Shown here in pieces: positions 54,078 through 64,000 of a DNA stretch of 64,000 bases. Each line of letters opens with the position of its first letter. Positions within the stretch are counted from its first letter, which is position 1. The notes beneath the pieces are model-generated. The model did not search any database, was not told the origin of the DNA, and saw nothing but the letters and a program-made list of their open reading frames with translations. Made by a program: the position numbers and the translations under genes. This DNA is from Balanoglossus misakiensis (lineage: Eukaryota > Animalia > Hemichordata): positions 5,115,009-5,179,008 of the forward strand of contig CM082591.2 of NCBI GenBank assembly GCA_040954595.2, written 5' to 3'.

Positions 54078-56178
54078 CCTCGCAAGTGACGTATTCTGCA
54101 AAAAATAAACAGTTAGTAATAACAGATTATTACATATCTGTGTTATATCAATGCCAAAGGAAAATATAAACAAGTAGAACGCGGCGGGTACAGATTTTCA
54201 GAGGAATTATATAGCCACCAAATGTTTCAATTCTTTGCTGTTCTATAACTGTGTGAGGAACCTGCTTGTAAAAGAACCCAAAGAAATATGCTTTCACCAT
54301 CTTGATTTTTAATTCACAGAGAGATTATCGGCCGTCCAGCTCTCTGATTGAAAGGCATAATGTACAATGAATAGACAGCGGGTATTCTCTGCATTGTTTA
54401 CGCCATGTTTGTCTACAGCATTCAGTTTTTTCTTTCTAAAACTATGGTGGACGTGACTTCTTTCTTCTGTTGCACCGAAACTGTGGAACACCCTTCCACT
54501 GAACACATCAGGAGATTAGTTTTACCAGGTTGGAAGGGGTGGGGGGTAAAGACATATCTTCATCAGAGCTTGCATTGTGGCATGAACCTTTAAGCATTAT
54601 TGTGCAAAGAATTTGTCTTGCAGGTTGGTGTTGTATAAAATTTAGTTGAAACTGCAAAGAAGCTTGAAGGCTGCCGTGGGTGAATGCAAAGTCATCTTTT
54701 ACACTAACTGTATGAAAAGCTGTCAGCAGGGTGCTTCGTGTGTACAATAGTGCCGCAGCATAGTGATTGTTGACTTGAAACTAATTAGGAGTTTAGGACG
54801 GAAATGTGACTGGCATGGACTATATCCTCTAAAGCATTTTACAGAGATAATGAATACTTTGAGTAGGTTTAAATCTAAGGATTAAAGCTGGACAATAAAT
54901 AAGTAGAACTCATTTGGTAGCAATATATAAAGGAACTGAAGGTTTAACGTTTTGAATTCTAATTGAACGTTTGTAAGAGTCTTTTTGTAAAATATAACAG
55001 TATCTGTCAGGAAACCGTTGCGATCCACCATTTCAAAGTTGTAATTTCAAGGGTCTGACAGCGTATAGACGTTAAATACAAGGCATTATTTAATATATCA
55101 TGACATACATCGTGATTTTACTTGCAAAATGGCTGCACGTATATTATTTTAGTGGTCTGCAATTTAGGGATACCATTGCTATGATCACAATGAACATGAA
55201 AATGTTCCAAAATATTAGCATGATCTGATTGTCGTAAAATGAAGGATCAAATATGTTGCTAGCGAATTTACTGCAAACTCAAGTTATTAACCGAACACAG
55301 CAAGAGTTACTTCAACGCCATCAAAATATTCTTCACGATAGAATTATCTGACTTACTGAATATCTATTCTTGTATTAATTAAACGGAGACTTCACACACA
55401 CAATTTCCGTTGTGGTATAAATTAAAATCGGATGTTGCAAAAAAAAAACCTTTCCACAGCGATTCGTTAGTTTTATCTGCTTTTCTTGTTTCATACTTGA
55501 TTCCCTCTCAAAAATGACTGTATTTTCTCACTGACGGGTTAATAACCAAAATGTAAAGATGTCATTTACGTTTACAATGATCTGGGAAGTTGCCACATAT
55601 TAAATACGCCAATGCAACTATCTCAAACAACTATACCTTCAATGAATCAACTAATCTAAATTGCGACACAGACCAAGAAGATTTTCGTCTATTTGGAGTT
55701 TAGAAAAAAAACACTTAGAAAGTTACCTGATTGATTCTGTTGAAAACAGACAAAGGCTAGAAGAACTCTCAACACGGTGTTCCCTGCTGCTCTGTGAAGT
55801 GGAGCACAGTTGTCGACGTGAGGACCGCCCGCTGAGCGAGTAGATTGTCCTTCCAGAGCACGTCGCTGTCAATATATGGATTTGGGACTTCAGAGTTCAA
55901 AGGAGACATGGAGGATTTAACGTTTCGCACTTTAAAAAAAACGGAAAAAATCACAGAAGCACTGATCATCTAATAATAATAATATGATCTAAGTTGGTCG
56001 CATTACATGCACATTGAATCGGGCACGCGCAAGGGTTTATTGTCTCTACATTGGCTTTCCTACTCCCACTGACAACCAGGGACTATTTCCTTCAAATCGT
56101 TATGTATAAAGAGTATGTGGATAGGCTTCCGAATCAATGCGCTGTGAATAAGAAACAGTGTCTTTTCATAGCAGACTT
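54078..56178 (-). repeat. Arm 1 of an inverted segmental duplication (LRR receptor promoter, 5'UTR exon and intron)
   Basis: The reverse complement aligns with 61802-64000. For example, the spurious ORFs 54309..54506(-) and 63576..63773(+) differ by a single residue. Confidence 0.9.
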
Positions 56179-56573
56179 CACTGACTATTATAGGTCACAC
56201 CCTTTCACTACCATGGCTCAGTCCAAACCAATTAATTTCTATGGCAAGGATGTACCTCATAAGATGGCACTGGCGGTCGATCGGTCAACAACAGTATCGT
56301 TCACTATCGTATTTGACTTTGATGGACCGAGGACAAATCTCAGGCAAGGGTAAAAAATAACCATACGTTTGCAGATTGTGTGTCACAATCATATAATATT
56401 GTATACAGAATTGAAATTTTATAACATAATTATATATCTGTGCCAATGTGGGCAATGCAATGCAATATGCCTGTTAGGTCTTCGGGTCCAACTTAGGCTT
56501 ATGGACGTTACATTTGTACATTGTACAATTATTTTGGTATGTCATGCAAATTGTGTTATCCTTTTCAATTTCT

Positions 56574-58440
56574 TCACAAACTTTTCTTGCAGTAAAAATC
56601 TTCATTCACAGCATCCGTTTTTCCAGTCTGAAAACAATCCAATCCCGCTTCCTTCAGCATTTCCACAGCCCTTTCCATTCCCCATGCTGTTCCCAATCCA
56701 AGGCTGTCATCTCCATAGGATAATGACGCTGGCATGCAGTGGAAGAGACTAGCGGCGTATAGGAAGGGAGACCACGGGTGATCCTTGTTATCGGCGAGTT
56801 TGCTGTGAAGGCCCACATCTTTCATCACAAAGTATCCGTCGTCTTTGAGCATCTTTCTCATCCCTTTCAAAAGTAAATCGGGTCGTCCTGCGTCGTGGAC
56901 AACATCCATGCAGTACACAATGTCAAACCTTGACTCCCAGTCCTCCAGGTCCGCCATCTTGATTGCGTCAGCAAGGTGAAAGGTCACGTTCGAGAGTTGC
57001 ATGGCTGCCGCTCGTGATTTCGCCGCCTCCACGGCCTTCTCGGACACCTCGATGCCATGGAATTCACACTTGGGAAAATCGCGGGCGAGAAACGAAAGAG
57101 CGGCCCCACTACCACAGCCTACATCACACACAGTTGATGGTCTCTCTGAAACGTGAAGACATTGCATTGAAAATTAAACATGGACACAAAACAAGCATTG
57201 CCAGCTCGATATGATGCAGGTACCCTTATTTTATATTCTGCTCTACAATTGCAGTCTGTATTGTGTCTGCTTTCTGAGAGAAAAGGGGAGATAGATAGAT
57301 AGATATATTGAGAGCGAGAGAGGGGGGGGAGCTGTAAACATGACATTGAGAATGACGAAACTGCCAGTTTTATGCCAAATAAAGACTTCCTCATGGTCAT
57401 GCTCTAGGTACAGTTATAGTAACCTAAAATGCTCCTGATCACGTGGTTATTTGTAAGACATTTAGGAGGCTTCCCCTGAAGTCTTCTGGTAGAACACGCA
57501 TCCATCCAGGAATCAAACAGTATATATCTAGACTCTGGAACGCCTGAAAAGGAAATACATAAACCAAAATCATACGAAGCATGGTTAAATAGTGTTTTCT
57601 TAAATCATTTAACAATGCTGCCCTTTTGGCACCTCTTGTGAAAATTTCAAGAAAATGACAATATTGTAACACTATTTTCCAGAAAAAGTCTACATGTAAG
57701 GCTATGGAATGTGAAAACCACGCTCTGCATCTGGGTAGTCATGCATCCACCTGAATTCATTGAGGTGCAGGGTGGTTCCATTGATTAGAACTGGCCATAC
57801 CTCTTGGCCCATCTTTCTGGAAACATTGGAGGATATCCTTATACACGTCACAGGCGACTGGAATTGCTTCAGAGTACACCGACGCCACCCCGTCTCCATG
57901 TTTGGTGCAGAGGGCGTTGTGTCGATGTGGGGGTAGGTAATAAGTGTCCTTGTCTGAATCGACGTCTACAATCCCAGCAACCACCATGGCGCCCAGCCAT
58001 TCCCTCACGTATCTACATAGTTACAAAGAATCATTGTAAGCTTATACATTGTATATGTTCTGTTACAGTGTAGCAACTATTAGAAACCGGTATGCACTGA
58101 GGCAAAACTGTCTTCGTAAGGGTTTAGCGGAATAGCATGGGCTGTGATCATAGGTCCTGGTTTTGGGGACGTAGCCCACTACAGGTATGCATGGCTGCAC
58201 GCTCATCGTCTGCAGCACCACACTGCAGTCTATGTAAAACTAAGAGACAGCCCACCTCTCCTTCAGTCCAGCGGCATCTGCGATTTCCTGTGAGGTTTTC
58301 GCTTCTCCAAGCGTTGCCATTGTGTTGAAGAGACCCGTAGCCGACCCCACTGCTATGCTGACCGCAGTAAAACCTGACTGGACCGTTGTGAACATGCGCT
58401 TCTCGAAGGTTTCTGCAATTTCGCCATGTTTGTCCGCCAT
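56574..58440 (-). CDS. Rv2258c-like SAM-dependent methyltransferase, paralogue MT3, 362 aa
   Basis: complement(join(56574..57145,57424..57543,57801..58012,58256..58440)); same exon sizes; CDVGCGSG motif I. Confidence 0.9.
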
Positions 58441-59009
58441 CTTGGTGTGTGTGAGAGGGTGAAGGTCACATTCGTGACCCCTTGTATAGTGACCTTGTAG
58501 GCCTATCGTGGTTTATGGTTTGGTATGAGATCGTTCATATACGTGTACATTCACCCTTTTGTCGTGAATAAAATGGTTCTAGAATGAAACCGCTGTTTGC
58601 ATATCACCCGAATCAAGGGTCACATCGGGTGTAGATTCATTTGTGTAACGCGCACGCCGCGCATTTTGTCCATTCTGGACTTGTCGAATCACGTGACAGA
58701 GCATGACCATCGTCTGTGAACAAATGTGGGATTTGGGACTGTCTCAAAGATTGGAGCTTTTTTTACACTGACCAATTAAATTTACAAAAATGTCGAAACA
58801 TTGTTGAAATGTCAAATGTATCACTGTCTGTCTGGCTATCTCTCTGCATGTTTGTCTGTTTATGGAATACGACTATTTCCGGACACACCCATGTGATCAG
58901 ACGACGCATTGTGTGTGGTCACAGACTGTAGAAAATTCCAAACACGTAGTACCTTGCTTTCTTTTGACACCCAAATTATAGTTTTTTTTTGTAAACGGAA
59001 CACTTATCC

Positions 59010-59258
59010 TTGAATTTAAATCTACTCAAAGTATTCATTATCTCTCAATAAGCTGTGAAATTTTGGTTCTCAGCTCCCAATTAGTTGTTGCCAACAATTA
59101 CCAGAGTGTGCACAAACCAAGCGCCCCGCTTGGAGCTTTTCACAGTAAAATACGGCTTTTTCGTTCACTCATGTAAGCTTCCAGGGTGCTTTGCTGTTCT
59201 AACTAAGGTTTATGCAACACCAACCACCTGGACTAATTATTTGCTCAACAAGGCTTAA
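59010..59258 (+). repeat. Diverged third copy of an interspersed repeat also found in both LRR-gene introns
   Basis: tctactcaaagtattcattatctct, ctcccaattagtt and aactaaggtttatgcaacaccaacc...gcttaa match 63200-63483 and the reverse complement of ~54590-54875. Confidence 0.55.
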
Positions 59259-59597
59259 ATGCCCATACCCACAACACGTAAAATGCTCCTACGATAGAAA
59301 TTTCGATTGGAAATCAAGGGCATTGCATAGACACTTTAAAGCCTAGGATAACATCACTTGGAATACCGCTCTGCTTGCAGATTCACCTCTTCCGCTACTG
59401 AAATAAAATCGTTCTCATATTGCATGCAAATGTGCCGAAAGCAAGGACTAATTTAAACCTGTTTCTGGCATACCAAAATACTTGATTTTCCTGCCAGAGT
59501 AGGTTAAAATAGAATCATACTACGACGTCTATGTTTTATTTTTAAACCACGTGTCATATATCAGATAGTCCATTTCGAAAACGCCTGCCACACCAAG

Positions 59598-61582
59598 ATG
59601 GCGGGTAAACAGGACGAAACGAACGACATGTTTGAGAAACGAATTTTTGCAACAGTTCAGTCAGGTTTTACCGCCGTCAGTGTAGCAGTCGGATCATCTC
59701 TTGGTCTGTTCAACACCATGGCAAGGATTGGCGAGGCGGTGACCTCACACGAAATAGCAGACGCTGCTGGGCTCAAAGAACGGTGGGTGATCTCAGATAA
59801 GCGGTGGGGTGAGGCGATTAATACTTTTCCTAGGCCTGTTCTGCTGACCAAATGAGAGAACTTAAAGGTATACGGTCACCTACGGAAATTTAGCTACAGT
59901 TACCATGCTAAACTTGAGATCTAGCCAATCACGGATTTTCAATGGGTGGCACACGCGAAAAAAGAGCGCCACCATATGTTCTTTAGAACCATCAAATACG
60001 CCATTTCAGCCATATATGGGCGTATGTCAATAGGAGGTGACTGTATACCTTTAAAGTCCAACCACCAACTGCTCATGCCATGTCGACTAATATTCTTTAT
60101 TTTTTTTTTACAAACCTCTGCAGATATGTGAGGGAGTGGCTGGGAGCCATGGTGGTTGCTGGGATTGTAGACGTCGATTCAGACAAAAACACCTACTACC
60201 TACCCCCACATCGACACAACACACTCTGCACCAAAGATGGCGACGGACTGGCTTCAATATATTGCCAAGCAATTCCATTGCTCTGCGAAGCTTATGAGGA
60301 TCTCATAAATTGCTTCCAGAAGGATGGTCCAAAAGGTATAGGCCTACCGTCACATATTAATATCTCCTCCAGCTTTGCAATTATACTGTTTTGATGGGTA
60401 ATTTAATATGGGATCACCATGTTTATGAAAATTATGGACTGGGAAATACGATGAAAAGAGTTTGGTACTTATTTCAGGATATTATAGTGAATGATGTTAC
60501 GTAGGACTAGGAAAAGTAACATTTATGCCTTATTTATGATGTACTGTGGTTTTAGAATGTATAAAAGCGCAGGTTCCAATTATTCTATTTAATTTCAGGA
60601 ATTCCGGATTCAGCATACACAGCTTTCGACACTTGGATCGATGCCTCTTCATCCTTGAGACTGAAAGGGAAGTCTCCAGCGTGCCTCACGAACAACCAAG
60701 CTACCAGGAAGATTTTAGGTGAGGTGTGGGCGGAGTTTTTCGTTAGGTTATGGGATGTTGCCCTGATGATTCGTTGAGAAACGACAATTTGGAAGAAACG
60801 ACAATTTGGAAGGAACGACAATTTGTGAGGAAATACAATTCATGCGAGCACATAAAATCATAGTTCACAGTTTCGTCATAGGAAAAACGAATGGTTTTTA
60901 TCAATCTGTAAGTGAAAATCTCACTTCATGGTGACTTGTCCATGTATCTATCTCATGTGATTTTGTTAAATAAACCCATCACATTTCATTCAAAATCTGC
61001 ATGTTTTCAGAGACAACGTCAACCGTGTGTGATGTAGGTTGTGGTCGTGGTGCTGCTCTGTGTTTCCTGGCGCGTGATTTTCCCAAGAGTAAATTCCACG
61101 GCATCGAGGTTTCTGAGGAGGCGGTTGCGGCCGCCAAATCTCGGGCGGCAAGGATGCAACTCTCGAACGTGACCTTTCACCTTGGCGACGCAATCAAGAT
61201 GGCGGAGCTCGAAGCTTGGGAATCGAAGTTTGACCTGGTCGTCTGCGTCGATGTCGTCCATGATGTCGGGCGGCCCGACCTACTTTTGAAAGGGATTGGG
61301 TACATGATGAAAAACGGTGGATGTTTCGTCATGTCAGACGTCGGTCTTCGCAGCAGACTCGCGGACAACAGCGATAACCCCTGGTCACCCATCGTGTACA
61401 CCATCAGCCTGATTCGTTGCATGCCGATATCACTGGCGTCCGGTGATGATAGTTTTGGCTTGGGATCGACATGGGGAAAAGAAAGAGCTCTTCAAATGCT
61501 CAACGAATCGGGTTTTGAGTGTTATCAGACCGGTAAAACCGATGCCGTGAATTTAGATTTTTATTGCAAGAAAAATGTTTGA
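59598..61582 (+). CDS. Rv2258c-like SAM-dependent methyltransferase, paralogue MT4 (inverted), 362 aa
   Basis: join(59598..59782,60124..60335,60599..60718,61011..61582); same exon sizes; CDVGCGRG motif I; head-to-head with MT3. Confidence 0.9.
59866..60050. mobile_element. 185-bp MITE with TTAA target duplication (Kolobok/T2-type termini) in MT4 intron 1
   Basis: TTAA-AGGTATACGGTCACCT ... AGGTGACTGTATACCT-TTAA: 16-bp TIR with one mismatch. Confidence 0.8.
60779..60825. repeat. 17-bp tandem repeat (aacgacaatttggaag.) x~3 in MT4 intron 3
   Basis: Seen directly. Confidence 0.8.
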
Positions 61583-61801
61583 TCTTTGCGGAGAAAACAT
61601 GGCGGACATTATTGAGCTTATATGCTGTTGATATTACAATTATTTCTTATCTTTCTTTACACAATCATACATGGAACCAAAATCAATAAGCAACAATAAA
61701 AATCTCTTAAGCAATTATTGGCATCTGCTGCTGCTGGATAATTTGTCTGCTTTCCAATGAAATAGAACGCTTTACAATAAGCAGTGACTGTTTAAATTGT
61801 A

Positions 61802-63116
61802 AAGTCTGCTATGAAAAGACACTGTATCAAATTCACAGCGCATTGATTCGCAAGCCTATCCACAAAGCCTACTTACTCTTCATACATAACGATTTAAAGG
61901 AAATAGTCCCTGGTTGTCAGTTGGAGTAGGAAAGCCAATGTAGAGACGATAAGTCTTTGCGCGTGCCCGATTCAATGTACACGTAATACGATCAACTTAG
62001 ATCATATTATTATTAGATGACCAGTGCTTCAGTATTTTTTTAAAATTGCGATACATTAAATAATCCATGTCACCTTTGACCTCTGAAGTCCCAGGTACAT
62101 ATATTGACTACGGCGTGCTCTGGAAGGACAGTCTACTCGCTCCGCGGACCGTCCTCACGTCGACAACTGTGCTCCACTTCACAGAGCAGCAGGGAACACC
62201 GTGTTGAGAGTTCTTCCAGCCTTTGTCTGTTTTCAACAGAATCAATCAGGTAACTTTCTAAGTGTTTTTTTCACTATCAAGTTGGATTCATGGACATTGC
62301 TGGCGTTCTATTTGTTGTGTTACCGGGTAATTGTCTTAACTGTGGGGAAAAAGCAATTGTATCAGATAAAAAAAGTGTACTATAGTACATGGCTACCAGC
62401 TTGTCAGTGAGAAAACACATTTATCTTGAGAGAGAAGTATGAAAGAAGGAAAGCAGATAAAACTAACGAATCACTTTGGAAAGTATTTTTTTGCAATATC
62501 CGCTTTTAATTTATACCACAACGAGAAATTTCTCCGAAAGTCTCCGTTAATTAATACACTAATATATGACAAAAGGTCCGCCAGATAATTATATTGTGAC
62601 GGATATTCTGATGGCGTTGAAGTAACTCTAGCTGTGATCGGTTAATAACTTGAGTTTGCAGTAAATTCGCTAGCAACACATTTGATCCGTAATTTTATGA
62701 GAAGTAGATCATGCAAATATTCTTGCAACATTTTAGATCAACATGTTCAATGTGATCATAGCACATCCCTAAATTGCAGACAACTAAATAATACACGTGC
62801 AGCCATTTTGCAAGTAAAATCACGATGTATGTCATGATATATTAAATAATGCCCTGTATTTAACGTCTATACGCTGTCAGACCCTTGAAATTACAACTTT
62901 GAAATGGTGGATCGGAACGGTTTCCTGACAGATACTGTTATATTTTACAAAAAGACTCTTACAAACGTTCAATTAGAATTCAAAACGTTAAACCTTAAGT
63001 TCATTTACATATTGGTACCAAATGACTTCTATCACTTGTTTAAAACAGCCTACAGTGTGTGAACAACCATAGGGCGCCACTAAACAGTTCTCTGGATATT
63101 GGCGCCATATAAATGT

Positions 63117-63177
<61 letters not shown>

Positions 63178-64000
63178 TTGTCCAGCATTCAGCATTGAAT
63201 TTAAAACTACTCAAAGTGTTCATTATCTCTTTAGAACGGTTTAGAGGATATAGTCCATGTCTGTCACATTTCAGACCTCAACTCCCAATTAGTTTCAAGT
63301 CAACAATCACTATGCTGCGGCACTATTGTACACACCAAGCTTCCTGCTGACAGCTTTTTATACAGTTAGTGTAAAAGATGGCTTTGCATTCACCCACGGC
63401 AGCCTTCAAGCTTCTTTGCAGTTTCAACTAAAGTTTAGACAACAGCAACCTGCACGACAACTTCTTTGCACAATAATGCTTAAAGGTTCATGCCACAATG
63501 CAAGCTCTGATGAAGATATGTCTTTACCCCCCACCCCCCGCCCTCTTCCAACCTGGAAAAAACTAATCTCCCGATTTGTTCAGTGGAAGGGTGTTCCACA
63601 GTTTCGGTGCAACAGAAGAAAGAAGTCACGTCCACCATAGTTTTAGAAAGAAAAAACTGAATGCTGTAGACAAACATGGCGTAAACAATGCAGAGAATAC
63701 CCGCTGTCTATTCATTGTACATTATGCCTTTCAATCAGAGAGCTCGACGGCTGATAATCTCTCTGTGAATTAAAAAATTAAGATGGTGAAAGCATATTTC
63801 TTTCTGTTTTACAAGCGGGTTCCTCACACACTTATAGAACAGCAAATAATTGAAACATTTGGTGGATATAATTCTTCTGAAAATCTGTACCCACCGCGTT
63901 CTACTTGTTTATATTTTCCTTTGGCATTGAAATAACACAGATATGTAATAATCTGTTATTACTAACTCTTTATTTTTTGCAGAATACGTCACTTGCGAGG
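61802..64000 (+). repeat. Arm 2 of the inverted duplication: 5' non-coding part of a second LRR receptor gene, running off the window
   Basis: Retains the donor CAG|GTAACT (~62249) and the acceptor ttttgcag|aatacgtcacttgcgagg (63982/63983), identical to those preceding the ATG at 54066. Confidence 0.88.
63032..63175 (+). mobile_element. 5'-truncated SINE/LINE 3' end with (GATT)n tail
   Basis: Present only in arm 2 of the duplication (absent at ~54897-54905). Contains a GGCGCCA...TGGCGCC stem followed by ATATAAAT and a (GATT)~13 tail. Confidence 0.55.

Noticed and set aside
54309-54747. Near-identical small ORFs here and at 63326-63773, suggesting conserved micropeptides
   Set aside because: Explained by the inverted duplication of intronic DNA, with no independent coding signal.
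60779-60825. Short direct repeats as a possible CRISPR array
   Set aside because: Contiguous tandem units without spacers, inside a eukaryotic intron, with no cas genes.
45525-61582. Bacterial contamination or an operon, given the bacterial-type methyltransferases
   Set aside because: All copies have three spliceosomal introns at identical positions and are interleaved with animal genes.

Overview
This is eukaryotic, intron-containing animal DNA; the Spi-type ETS genes suggest an invertebrate deuterostome, but that is inference. Most short ORFs in the supplied track are spurious or are single exons read into introns. By splicing at GT..AG sites I reconstructed these genes. (1) The last exon of an unidentified upstream gene (+, ~2.5-2.96 kb). 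(2) An ETS cluster: two divergently oriented paralogues with Spi/PU.1-type ETS domains that also carry an N-terminal Pointed (PNT/SAM) domain (5.0-9.1 kb, - strand; 42.3-44.8 kb, + strand; same six-exon phase pattern), with a 121-aa PNT-only Mae/Edl-like gene between them (29.6-30.3 kb, -). (3) Four Rv2258c-like wHTH/SAM-dependent methyltransferase paralogues with identical exon sizes (185/212/120/572 nt). They are interleaved with a single-coding-exon LRR-Ig-stalk-TM receptor, whose promoter, 5'UTR and intron are duplicated in inverted orientation at the window end; this predicts a second receptor gene starting just beyond base 64000. Also present: a long-TIR non-autonomous transposon, TTAA-flanked MITEs, a retroposon tail, a gene-conversion tract and several microsatellites. 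No rRNA, tRNA or CRISPR array was seen. Family assignments come from remembered motifs, not database searches.
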